From an uncultured Acidobacteriota bacterium (GTDB lineage: Bacteria > Acidobacteriota > Blastocatellia > RBC074), in NCBI GenBank assembly GCA_963796275.1, contig CAWCKY010000002.1, positions 704,001 to 768,000 of the forward strand: DNA of 64,000 nucleotides, read 5' to 3'. Below are positions 1-9,944 of this stretch, piece by piece. Each line of letters begins with the position of its first letter. Within the stretch, counting starts at the first letter, position 1. The notes under the pieces are model-generated. The model made no database searches and was not told where the DNA came from. It worked only from the letters and a program-made list of their open reading frames with translations. The position numbers were made by a program, and so were the translations under genes.

Positions 1-3000
1 AGATCGGGATCAAAACGACCCATACCACGAGCCGCCGCATGGCAAGGCGGGCTGGCTCTCGAAATACAGCCAATGGCTGCGTGATGACTACGAACGGGGG
101 ACCGTCATCAAGGAACAGGTCCTGGTCATTCCCGCCGAAGGGCATGAGCTGAATCCGGATATCCATGACCGCGGGCTTTTTATTCATGAGCTTCGTTACG
201 CTCTCAAGGAGATTCAAGATCCGGAGAAAGCGTCCGAGTTTCATCGACTCGCAACAATAATCGCCGGAAGAAACGCCGGCGCCGATGGACGGGCCGGATT
301 CTTCTCCTCCTATTACGGGCTGCTTAAGAGGGAGGGAGGAGACGAGATGGGGCGCGAGCTCGCCCCCCACGAAACCGAGGCCCGCGCCGAAGCCCTGGAG
401 ATAACTCTCGGCAAAATGCGTGAGTTGGCCCCACTGATGGAAGAACTGGAGACAGAGGTGAGTATCGAGACCCACAGACCCGATATGCTCGTCTCCCTGG
501 AACAGGTTCGAGAGTCGAAACTGGCGTCCATCTCCGCCGAGCCGGCCTTTGGCGACCATGAAGACGGAGAAAAAGAGCTTGAAAACAGGCCAAAGGACGG
601 CTCTTATGTCTTCAATACCGCCGCGCGCAAAGTGAATTTGCGAGACGAGAGCCTGCGCTTTCCGGCAGGACTCAGCCAGGAGACCAGGGAGCGGCTCGTG
701 GCTAATACCCTGCCCTGGATCGACCAACAGATCGAGAGCGGCGTTAATCGGTCCGAGATATTGGTAGAGATCAACCGGTTCTACTATGAGTGGGCCGACT
801 CCTCCAGGCTCACACTCACCGAAGGATTGAAGAAGGAGAAGGACGCCTATCATCGGATCGGATACTTCATCAAGGCCTACGCCGATGAGCGCATCAAGGC
901 GCTGGACCAAAGCGGCAGGGGGGAGACACCGCGCTCCTTCCGCATCATAGCCGATGAGCCGCCTCCAGGACTGACCAAAGAAGCCCGGGCGCGGTTGGCG
1001 GAGGAGATACTGCCCTGGATCGATAAACAGATCGAGTCCGGCGCCAGCCGAACGGAGATATACAGGCGGGTCAAGCAGCAATTTCATCAAGTCGAAGTGA
1101 CGGTGGAGGATCTCGTCCGCCGTCCGGTGGCGGTTCCCGGCCTCTCTCGAGAGGCGGCTGCGGAGCGCTCCGGGATAGTTCGCTTCTGCCGTGAATATCT
1201 CTACGAGCGGCTCAAAGACCTGGAGACGCGGGAGATCAATCGCTCTGAAACTTTCCGTGAGGTCCATCGACGAATGATGGAGGCCAACTCCGTCAAGGAG
1301 ATGAACCAGGCGGCAGGATATGCCTTCAAGGAGGGACACTTCGATTGGGATAGGCGGACGCTGATCTTCTCCGGACTTGCCCCGGATCACCATACGCCGG
1401 AGATGCGGATACTGCGGACCTCCTTCGCACTCAGCCGTGAGGACCGGGCCAAATACGTGAAACAGATCGAAGCCGGAAAGCGCGAGCCTTCCCCGGTTCT
1501 CCAGCAGTTGCTCGTTGAGTTGAATAGCCGGAATAAACCGGAGAGCATCGCTCACTACCGGGCCTCAATCAAAAACGAAAAGATGAGAAACCCCGGCAAG
1601 CTCAAGATCTACGAGCTGCATAAGCAATTGCCGACCTGGGAACGGGACTACCTGTATCTCAAGATCGGAGAGCAGGAAGAAAGAGTTTTAAGCAGACGGG
1701 CCGCCCTGAGTGAGCCCCCAGCCGCCGTCGAGGTTTCCAGCAGGTTCCCTGCCCCGCACGACAACGAGTCGCTTCGGCAATACCTGGAGGAACGAAAAGT
1801 AAAAGAAGCGGAGCTGATCAAAGCCGCTGCCTCGCGTTCGCTGGGAAAGCGCGATGAGATCGCGCAGCCGGAAGGAACAGAGAAAGAGCTGTTCAAGGCC
1901 TCCGACTCTCTCTCGCCGGAAGAGCTCGCCGCGATCCGCGAACGGGCTCGTCTTCAGGCCTGGGACTCGCTCGTGGCGGAGGAGGTGTTTGATGAGAACC
2001 CGAGCAGGGAGGCACAGGAACTGAGCGACGCCATCGCAGAGATGCAGGAGGAGATACAGCCTGAAGCCCGGCGCGCCGTCACGATGCTTGATGAGTTCAG
2101 CCTGAGGACGACCGGTCATCCGTACCACGAAATCCCCCAGAAGGCGTTTAACGAACTCTCTCCCGAGAATACCAGTTGGCTGGAAGAGCACAAGCAATTC
2201 GCCGATCGGAATCTGAAGCGCCTTTATGACGGCTTTGAGAAGATCGACGGTCTACGGCAGGAGATCGAACGCGCACGTGGTGGTAGCGCACAGATGGCCG
2301 CGGAGATATCCGGCATTCCGGCCGAGGCTCAAACGCTCGTTCAGCCATTGCCGCCTGGGAGAGAACCGGAGGCCGCCGCTCCCGTTGCTTCCGTCGAGAA
2401 GGGGACGGGCGAACCACAGAAACCGCATCCTGTCCGCCGCACATTCGGCGAGCCTTCACGCGAAAGCCGGTCCTACCGTGAATACACGGCGGCGGCGGCG
2501 GAGATCGAGCGGCAGTTGATCGAAGAAGCAATTCGGGAAAAACGGACCATGACGAAAGACCAGCCGGAGATCACGACGGCCGATATTCTGCTCGCCCGCG
2601 AAGAGAAGCTCAGGATCCGCGCCGCCGCCACCAGGCGTGCCCTGACGCGCCTGGAGCCGCAAAGGATCCTGGGAAACGACCCGGCGGCGATACCGCTTCT
2701 CAAACTGCAAGGGACGGTGATACTCCTGCGGGACGAGGCGCAATCACGAGCGCGGGAGTCTGCACGAGAAGTCGACGCATTCATTCGGTCGCGGGGGCTT
2801 GAGCGTTTCATTGAGAAAAAGACCGATTACTACTATCGCGGCGACCACTTGCCGGAGAGTGCGCTTAAAGAATTGACGGCCGATGAGAAGCAGGCTTTCG
2901 CGACTCTTGAAAAACAGGCGAGCGCGACCTTTCGGGAGTTCAAAGCCGGGTTCTGGACCATCGATCGGCTCAGGACGGAGATCGACCAGTCCCGCAATGG

Positions 3001-5578
3001 ACATGCAACTCCGGCGGTGTCGAAGAGCCGGGGAGAGCCGGGCGCGCCGGGAAGCAACAGACCGCCGGAAACGCGAAGCAGCCTGAACGGATTCTGGAGA
3101 GGGTCTTCGCCGCGACACGCCGGACAAGCGAACGCGGAGATCGCCGTCAAAGTGACTGAAGCGCCAACCCCGGCGCAAACGATGAAAGAGACCGGCGGGA
3201 GACAGATACCGCCCGCTTTTCCCCTTGGTGAGTCTCCAGGGGAAAGCCGGTCCTACCGCGAATATGTGACGGCGGTTGCGGAGACCGAGCAGCGGCTCCT
3301 CGGGGAGCTTGAGCGGCAGTCGATCGAAGCGGCTGCTCGGGGCAGACATGGCATCGATCAAGCCGGGCCGGAAGCCGCGTCGACCGATATATCCCTCGAT
3401 CGCGAAGAGATGCTCAGGATCCGCTCCCACGCCAGCCATCTCGCCTGGGAGCAGTTGGAGCCGCGACCGATGTCGGCCAATGATCCGGCGAAGGCGCCGG
3501 TTCGATCCCTGCGGGAGGCTATTGCGCATCTCCGCGATGAGGCGCAGCCGCGGGCGTGGATGGAGGCCTGGAAGCTGGACGTCTTCATCAGGACAAAGGG
3601 CCTGGACGAATCAGCCGCGGAAAAAACCGACTATTTCTATCGCGCCGATCAGATACCCAAAGGCAAGCTGGCGAAACTAACTCCCGCCGAGCGACAAGAA
3701 TTTGCAAACCGTGAAAATAACGCGGCCGCGGCTCTCCGAGAGTTCAAAACTGGCTTCGACGCAATCGATCGGCTCAGGGAAGAGATCGAGCGGATAGATG
3801 ATCGCGTCATTCTGGGCAGGGACATCATTGCACATGCGCATTCGGACGCCGCCACCCTCGATTTCGAGATCGCCGACCGCTTTGGACACACATTCCGCTT
3901 CGAGATCAAGGATGCGAGTGTGGGAACCAAGCGCAGGATATCCGACCTCGACATCAGGCGGCGGGCCAATGCTCACGGCGACCGCGCCGCCGATGAGGGC
4001 GGTCTTGAGCGTTATGACGAGCGCCTCGAAATACGCACCCGGGTATCCGGAGCGGATATCCTTGACCATTCAACGACCCTCGACGAACACGGCAGAAAAC
4101 TCGATCGGCTCACCGGGGAGCTGAAGGCCGAGACCAGGCAGGCATTGGCTTCTCATCTCCACGCTCAGAGCCTGGCAAGAGAGGTGGCGGAGAAGTACCG
4201 GATACTGGGAAAACCGCTCCCGACGCCGCTGGTTGAGCGCGGAGTTCTGGTCGAGGCCCAGGACGAAGCCATCGAGCACCGCCTCGCCGGTCACACGGAA
4301 AAGCTCGAATGGCTGCGCGGCGCGCTCGTTGAGGAGCATGGCCAACCGATGCGTTCGGATACTGAAATGGCGCGGCTCTCGGCGCAGGTCTTCACTGCCC
4401 GGACGGAGTTGCGGGCACAGGAGACCCACGCAAGGCGATTCGACGAGACGCGCCATCTCAGGCAGTGGGAGATCGTGATTGACCGGCAAGGGCAGATCGT
4501 AACGGACAGGCAAGAGGAGATTGCGGCTGATAAGCAGGAGGAGACCAGGGTTGAAAAGTATTCCCTGGCCCACATCGACCGTGAGATGAAGCGCCTCAAA
4601 GATGAGGCGCGGATAGGTGGGGACCGCGTGCTTCATCTCGATCCTGTCCAATGCAGAAACGCGAAGGCGGAGCTCGAACGCTTCGGCCGGATCAGAGACG
4701 CGGTGATCGAGAAGATCGAGGAACGGCAGGGAGAGCTTCGGGAAAGAGTAGCCGAAGCCCGCCAGCTTCACGATACGCTCGTTCGCGCCTACGAACGCGA
4801 AGCCATATTCCGTGAGCAGATGGGCCTCGAAATGCCTGCGCGCCAGTTCACCCGCAGTGAGTTGGAGCGCGCCGCCAAAAACATCGAGACGGCCCGCGAT
4901 GCCGAGGGATTGCGGGACCTCACTCGGGAAGAGCGGCGATTCAATGAATACGCCGATCCCAAGGAGCGGTTTAAGCCGGTCGAGGAGTGGGGCCGAGCTC
5001 CGGGCCGTGCACTGATGGCGGTGATGTTCTACCGCGAAAGCGCCGGGAGGCTCGAGGCATCAGAGCAACGTGGCGAGCGGCAACCGATGTTGATTGAGAA
5101 ACCCGGCGGCGCTCTACAGGTTGAGAGATTGAGCGATACATACCCGAAGTCGGCGGCCGAGTGGGCGCTGCGCCCGCTCCTCGTGTTGGTGAGCGCAAAG
5201 GCGAAGGCAGACCGTGACGCCCGGGTGAGCGTGCAGGAGGCATATGCCCAACATGAGGCCCGGCTGCAAGGTGACGTCGAACTGCATCGAGATTACCTGG
5301 AGACGGCGAGGGGGATCGCTTCCGAACAAGTTGCTGAAAGGGCGCGAATCCCTGGATTGGAGTTGCCGGAGTCTCCGCTGTCTCTGACCGCGGAGCAGGC
5401 CATGAAGCTTGAGATATACGCGACTAGACAGACCGATCCTGAGGTGAGAAGAGAGCTGCTGAGCCTGGCGCGAGGAAGCGCCCAGAGCCACTTCGATCCT
5501 TATTCACAGTCGCAGACGCATCCGGACGAATCGGAACGAGTACACGAAAAGACGCCCGAAGTGGGGCGCATGCGATGA
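1..5578 (+). CDS. 3' part of a giant (>1850 aa) repeat-containing protein, probably a conjugative relaxase/mobilisation protein; 5' end lies outside the window
   Basis: The frame of ORF 347..5578 stays open back to position 2. Charged helical composition, internal repeats and a C-terminal tail (ERVHEKTPEVGRMR) like relaxase tails. No HUH motif is visible here, so the function is inferred. Confidence 0.5.
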   Translation, partial: DRDQNDPYHEPPHGKAGWLSKYSQWLRDDYERGTVIKEQVLVIPAEGHELNPDIHDRGLFIHELRYALKEIQDPEKASEFHRLATIIAGRNAGADGRAGFFSSYYGLLKREGGDEMGRELAPHETEARAEALEITLGKMRELAPLMEELETEVSIETHRPDMLVSLEQVRESKLASISAEPAFGDHEDGEKELENRPKDGSYVFNTAARKVNLRDESLRFPAGLSQETRERLVANTLPWIDQQIESGVNRSEILVEINRFYYEWADSSRLTLTEGLKKEKDAYHRIGYFIKAYADERIKALDQSGRGETPRSFRIIADEPPPGLTKEARARLAEEILPWIDKQIESGASRTEIYRRVKQQFHQVEVTVEDLVRRPVAVPGLSREAAAERSGIVRFCREYLYERLKDLETREINRSETFREVHRRMMEANSVKEMNQAAGYAFKEGHFDWDRRTLIFSGLAPDHHTPEMRILRTSFALSREDRAKYVKQIEAGKREPSPVLQQLLVELNSRNKPESIAHYRASIKNEKMRNPGKLKIYELHKQLPTWERDYLYLKIGEQEERVLSRRAALSEPPAAVEVSSRFPAPHDNESLRQYLEERKVKEAELIKAAASRSLGKRDEIAQPEGTEKELFKASDSLSPEELAAIRERARLQAWDSLVAEEVFDENPSREAQELSDAIAEMQEEIQPEARRAVTMLDEFSLRTTGHPYHEIPQKAFNELSPENTSWLEEHKQFADRNLKRLYDGFEKIDGLRQEIERARGGSAQMAAEISGIPAEAQTLVQPLPPGREPEAAAPVASVEKGTGEPQKPHPVRRTFGEPSRESRSYREYTAAAAEIERQLIEEAIREKRTMTKDQPEITTADILLAREEKLRIRAAATRRALTRLEPQRILGNDPAAIPLLKLQGTVILLRDEAQSRARESAREVDAFIRSRGLERFIEKKTDYYYRGDHLPESALKELTADEKQAFATLEKQASATFREFKAGFWTIDRLRTEIDQSRNGHATPAVSKSRGEPGAPGSNRPPETRSSLNGFWRGSSPRHAGQANAEIAVKVTEAPTPAQTMKETGGRQIPPAFPLGESPGESRSYREYVTAVAETEQRLLGELERQSIEAAARGRHGIDQAGPEAASTDISLDREEMLRIRSHASHLAWEQLEPRPMSANDPAKAPVRSLREAIAHLRDEAQPRAWMEAWKLDVFIRTKGLDESAAEKTDYFYRADQIPKGKLAKLTPAERQEFANRENNAAAALREFKTGFDAIDRLREEIERIDDRVILGRDIIAHAHSDAATLDFEIADRFGHTFRFEIKDASVGTKRRISDLDIRRRANAHGDRAADEGGLERYDERLEIRTRVSGADILDHSTTLDEHGRKLDRLTGELKAETRQALASHLHAQSLAREVAEKYRILGKPLPTPLVERGVLVEAQDEAIEHRLAGHTEKLEWLRGALVEEHGQPMRSDTEMARLSAQVFTARTELRAQETHARRFDETRHLRQWEIVIDRQGQIVTDRQEEIAADKQEETRVEKYSLAHIDREMKRLKDEARIGGDRVLHLDPVQCRNAKAELERFGRIRDAVIEKIEERQGELRERVAEARQLHDTLVRAYEREAIFREQMGLEMPARQFTRSELERAAKNIETARDAEGLRDLTREERRFNEYADPKERFKPVEEWGRAPGRALMAVMFYRESAGRLEASEQRGERQPMLIEKPGGALQVERLSDTYPKSAAEWALRPLLVLVSAKAKADRDARVSVQEAYAQHEARLQGDVELHRDYLETARGIASEQVAERARIPGLELPESPLSLTAEQAMKLEIYATRQTDPEVRRELLSLARGSAQSHFDPYSQSQTHPDESERVHEKTPEVGRMR

Positions 5579-5629
5579 CCTGCAAACTGCAAGGATCATC
5601 GATGATGACGTTTAACCTGAGGAAATAGA

Positions 5630-6184
5630 ATGAAAAAAAACAATTCACTCAATCGCCCACTGGCCGCGCATTCGTCTTCGCTACGTCTTTATGAAGACAA
5701 TTATGAAGAGATTACGAAAATGATCCAGAACACAGACCGCACACATGCTGAGGAGGTTCGAGATCTGGTCGACGAAGGACTGCGCGCTCGTCGAATGGGA
5801 TTCGGGGGCGGCATTGGAGAGATCATCGGCAGATATGAGCAGTTGCTCGACCGGAATACCAGGGAGAAACAGTCCCTCACGCTAAACATGCGCGAGTTCT
5901 ACGGCTTGCTGCTCGAAACGCTTGCAGCATCGATCAGCGCGCGGCGAATGTCCTGGAACTACGTCGCGCGCACGGTGCTCAATCAGTCCGGATACTCCGA
6001 TAAACAGATCAAGGAACGGTACGAAGCAGAGATGCAGGCGTGTATCGACGAGCGCAATTTGATAGCCGACGAGTTGGAGCAAGAGATTGATGGACTACCG
6101 TCCGGCGATCAACAACCTGGTGACGCCCGGACTGCCTCGCCGGCGACGCCGGAACTTACGATTCGAGAAGAGAAGAAATCATGA
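5630..6184 (+). CDS. hypothetical protein, possible ribbon-helix-helix relaxosome accessory factor
   Basis: RBS GAGG before ATG; N-terminal SLRLYEDNYEEI...AEEVRDLVDEGL resembles a beta-alpha-alpha RHH; ATGA overlap with the next gene. Confidence 0.5.
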   Translation: MKKNNSLNRPLAAHSSSLRLYEDNYEEITKMIQNTDRTHAEEVRDLVDEGLRARRMGFGGGIGEIIGRYEQLLDRNTREKQSLTLNMREFYGLLLETLAASISARRMSWNYVARTVLNQSGYSDKQIKERYEAEMQACIDERNLIADELEQEIDGLPSGDQQPGDARTASPATPELTIREEKKS

Positions 6185-6972
6185 TCAGACTCGACCTCGA
6201 CCGGCGCGACGATCAGTCCGGCATCCGCTCCCATATGGTCAATCTTTATCGCCGGATCGCCGGCGGCGGCAATGATTACGAACACAACGAGAGGAGCCTG
6301 GGGCAGATCCAACTTTGCGTAATCACGCTCTCGGCCATCGCCACGGGAGGGGTGAACGCCTTTGCACACCATCGTAGGATCGGTTGGATTGGTGCTAGTG
6401 TGTTGGCGATCCTCATTACAGGATTCGTCGAAAGGTTCTATTTTGCCCTCAGGCATGGACTGATGACAGTCTACAAATCAAGAGGGCAACGATTCGCAGC
6501 CAGGCTATGCTATAGAACAATACAGGGGTCGATGTGCATGAACGCCATGATCCTCTGCGCCTGGTTGACCGGGATTGCGATGCCGGAGTTCTTGAAACTC
6601 TGGAACCACTGGGCCCTTGCCGTCCACTTCGGTCTGGCTCTCGTGGGAGTTTCGGCGGTGCGGGATAAAGACGCATTAGCAGCCAGTCGTATCCGGGAAA
6701 TGCAGGCGGATGCCGCCGAACATGATATCCTTTCCATCCGGAGAGCCGCCGCCGGCAACCATCCGCTTCTGCTCCTGGCAGCCCGAATCAGAGGCTGGCT
6801 CGACGGAATGGAACTCGCCTACAATTTGCTCCGGGATAAACCAGGGTTCTCCGGCAAATATACAAATGAAATCACCGGCAGTCCACGAAATCTTTATTTG
6901 CCGGAAGGCGTCGAAGATGCTCCTCCACTTAATAGAGTGACAGACATCTCGGGAAAACGTCCGCGCCGGTGA
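6181..6972 (+). CDS. hypothetical membrane protein (about 4 hydrophobic segments)
   Basis: 263-aa ORF coupled to its neighbours by ATGA and GTGA overlaps. Confidence 0.7.
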   Translation: MIRLDLDRRDDQSGIRSHMVNLYRRIAGGGNDYEHNERSLGQIQLCVITLSAIATGGVNAFAHHRRIGWIGASVLAILITGFVERFYFALRHGLMTVYKSRGQRFAARLCYRTIQGSMCMNAMILCAWLTGIAMPEFLKLWNHWALAVHFGLALVGVSAVRDKDALAASRIREMQADAAEHDILSIRRAAAGNHPLLLLAARIRGWLDGMELAYNLLRDKPGFSGKYTNEITGSPRNLYLPEGVEDAPPLNRVTDISGKRPRR

Positions 6973-7862
6973 AAGGGGAGCCTGAGCTTGAGGCCAACCT
7001 TCAGTCTCAACTCAGTTCACTGGCGCAAGGAAATCAATCTGAAGGAAGAGCGCGGGATGGTATCGAGCCGGGGAGACCTTCGACACGGGTTCTTCATGAT
7101 GAGGATGAGGAGTCAGACAGTGTGAATGAGACAGAAAGGCCGAAGGAACCTGGAAGATGGGATGAGGATACTGTGACAGTAACCGGAGAACAGAACCTGG
7201 AACACGGTGATGGCTATGAGACGTCCGGACAAACCGCTCAACATCCACTCTTGGATGGCGTCATCAATGATTGTGTCTGGCCTGGAGGAGCGAAACCGGA
7301 AGCACAACAGGCTGTGACGAAGTTGAGACACCGCGGCCGAGGGAAAGGGGCGCAAGAGATGGAGATTGGGGACGCACTCTCTCAGGAGGTGCACTCTCTC
7401 AGTGGGCGCATCTCTTCAGGAGCGCAGGAAACAGATTCTGCAGTTAAGCCGGGGCGCGATGACGGACAATCGGGGGCGCAGGAAACGGAGATTGGGGGCG
7501 CATTCTCTCAGGGAGCGCAACCGATTCGGGAAAACGGCCAGGTCGGGCAATGGCTTAAACTCAAGGACATTTTGCCCAAGGCGTCGAGCGCCTGGTGGAA
7601 TGCGCGTATTGGTCACGAGGGATTTACCATTAAATTGCGCTGGCGGGAAACCGACGGACAAAATCCAACTCTGACCTTCCCTCGGTTCATGTGGGAGCAA
7701 TTCGACATCAATAATAGAAGCGACGAAGAGGCAAAGAGAATTATCCTGGAGTGGATCGCCGGACACCTTAATGAACTCGTTTTGGATCCGGAAAAGCGCA
7801 CCAAAGCCCTGATTGCTGCAGAAAAACTTGGGATCGATCTTAATAACCGTCCGCCTGACTAG
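6969..7862 (+). CDS. hypothetical protein with disordered N-terminus and GAQE(M/T)EIG repeats
   Basis: GTGA overlap; repeats GAQEMEIGDALSQ, GAQETD and GAQETEIGGAFSQ. Confidence 0.65.
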   Translation: MKGEPELEANLQSQLSSLAQGNQSEGRARDGIEPGRPSTRVLHDEDEESDSVNETERPKEPGRWDEDTVTVTGEQNLEHGDGYETSGQTAQHPLLDGVINDCVWPGGAKPEAQQAVTKLRHRGRGKGAQEMEIGDALSQEVHSLSGRISSGAQETDSAVKPGRDDGQSGAQETEIGGAFSQGAQPIRENGQVGQWLKLKDILPKASSAWWNARIGHEGFTIKLRWRETDGQNPTLTFPRFMWEQFDINNRSDEEAKRIILEWIAGHLNELVLDPEKRTKALIAAEKLGIDLNNRPPD

Positions 7863-8650
7863 CCATAACCCCTTTCATACTAACCAGTAACACAAAACCG
7901 GAATTAACATCGGAAGAGTCCTGCTACTTTTCCTTTGTTATCGGACCCACCTTTTTTCTTCATCCACAAATCAGCTTCAATCAAAAAGACATCGATTCCA
8001 TCTACTGTCTAGCCATAACCCCTTGCTTTTCAAATAATAACATAACATAACATCTGCCGGTATCTGAGATAGGCGGTCTTAGTCTGTCTGGCGGTTTGTT
8101 GTTGATTCCATAATTGAATGAGACTGTCCAAAAGCTGATGAGACTATACAGAAGTATATAAGCCCGAAGTAGGGGAGGGCTATTCGAGGGCAGCGCTGGA
8201 GTTACTGTCAATCCAGTCGCACCGACTTCTGTAAAAACGTCACCCAGTCTCTCTCACTTCTGTGAATAGTCGCGCCCACTTCTGTGTATAAAGGCGAAAA
8301 TCTGCCGATACCGTCTCATTATCTTTTGGAAGTCACACCTGTTCCCTCGTTCACCCTCTTCAACCTATAAACTTCTTATTCGCAATACGATAGCATTTTA
8401 CGCATTCTTCCTGTCTGCCCATAACCTCTTGTCTATCATCTACCAACACACAATTGGCGGGGTATAAAATCAATTTCCTCAAAACCGCGATCCTCTCGAT
8501 TCAATAAATAGCCTAAATTCAGTCACATACACAAACACCGGGTTTCTGTCGGGCCATAAGCCATCTGCTGTCAACTACATACACAAGTGCATCAGGTGCC
8601 CCCATTTTCCCGTCTGTCCTGTAAGTCATTATTGCTCAATACGAAACACG
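7854..8650 (+). repeat. seven degenerate direct repeats with core TAA-N4-TT-N6-CAA-N4-(A/T)(A/T)A-CAC
   Basis: Cores start at 7866, 8016, 8368, 8422, 8505, 8557 and 8622; most are preceded by CTG(T/A)C..(GCCA). Confidence 0.75.
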
Positions 8651-9091
8651 TATATATCGGTCAACAGACGTCCCTATCCTGTGTGCTCAAAATTTTGCTT
8701 TTTGTCTGGCAATTAGGCCGTTTTGTCTGGGGGTAATTTTGAGCGCTAGAGCCGTAATGTCACCGCGCTTCTGAAACGTAGGAATCTGGATAGGCGCCGC
8801 ACATTAGAGACATCATCATCATCGCCGCAGGCGCGTATGTATCGAGTAAATAAAGTTGTGACTGCCAGTCGTCTCAGAGATCTGCCAAGCGGCATCAATC
8901 AAGCGCATCGGGTGAGTCTTTTCTCGCTGAAAAACATCTTGGCAATCGTCGTAGAGGACGTCCGCCGTCTCCACCTTTTCTCTTAAAACACCGGTTAAAG
9001 CGCTCAAGTTCTAAGATCGTGATGCCGCGCGAAGGTAAGATGGCAGTCTCGATCATGTCCAGCAGCCCGGCGATTTTTCAGCCGAGATAAT

Positions 9092-9439
9092 CTACGAACC
9101 CCGACCTTTCCCGTACCACCGTTCGGCGATCCGGTCGAGTTCGATCATCACGCCGTCTAACTCCAGCACCTTTTTTGTAATGGCATAAGTAACCTCCGGC
9201 GGGATAGTAGGCTTGTAGTCCCGTGACACCCATCCCTCGGCTTCGAGCATCCGTAGCCGCTCGGTCAGCGTTTTGGTCGAGATTGCCCCGAGCCGCCGCT
9301 TGAGTTCGCCAAATCGCATCGGGCCTTCCGTGTGCAGCCGGTGCAGAAGCAGCATCGTCCACGGACTCGACAAGATCCCAAGCAGCTTCGCGAGAGGTTG
9401 GTGAGTGTTTTCGTCTTCGGTCTGTCTCCTACGTGCCAT
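9092..9439 (-). CDS. HxlR-family winged-helix transcriptional regulator
   Basis: W..LLL..L...GPMRFGELKRRL..ISTKTLTERLRMLE..G.V.R....PPEVTY.IT. Confidence 0.92.
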   Translation of the reverse strand: MARRRQTEDENTHQPLAKLLGILSSPWTMLLLHRLHTEGPMRFGELKRRLGAISTKTLTERLRMLEAEGWVSRDYKPTIPPEVTYAITKKVLELDGVMIELDRIAERWYGKGRGS

Positions 9440-9584
9440 GGTTTCCTTATGTGAAGTAGCTTTAGAATAAGAACTTACTTTACTTTAGAAAGCATGCCGT
9501 GTAAAGTGCAATCCGGTGGTCGGAAGTCTGATGCCACCCGAAGAGCATTTTACAAGTGAATTACCCGATACAAAGGAGCTGAAC

Positions 9585-9912
9585 ATGCAACTCGATCTGC
9601 CAGAACCCATCGCCGCCTACTTCACTGCTGACAAGGAGGACGAGCGAGGCCGTTTCTCAGTGCTTTACCGAAACTGCCGTCGTGAAGGACGAGGGGCACA
9701 CCTACCACGGCCGGGCCGCCATCAAGCAATGGAAGGCGGAGGCCTCGGCCAAGTACCAGTACACGAGCGAGCCTTTCGCGTGCGAGCGGAAGGACGGAAA
9801 GATCGTCGTCACCAGCCGGCTCACCGGCAACTTTCCCGGCAGCCCCGTGAATCTTCGGTTCTGCTTCGGACTGGAAGGGGACAAGATCGCGTCGTTGGAA
9901 ATCATCCCGTGA
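9585..9912 (+). CDS. SnoaL/NTF2-like protein, frameshifted near 9640
   Basis: RBS AAGGAG; MQLDLPEPIAAYF continues in another frame as CFTETAVVKDEGHTYHGRAAI...GNFPGSPVNLRF. Confidence 0.8.
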
Positions 9913-9944
9913 GTAACAGTTTCCGGTGAAAGGAGTCAAAGCAG

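Noticed and set aside
7854-8650. CRISPR interpretation of the repeat array
   Set aside because: The repeats are degenerate, spacing is irregular (52-352 bp) and no cas genes are present
8819-9075. Short minus-strand coding-like fragment after the HxlR gene
   Set aside because: Frameshifted and not assignable to a family
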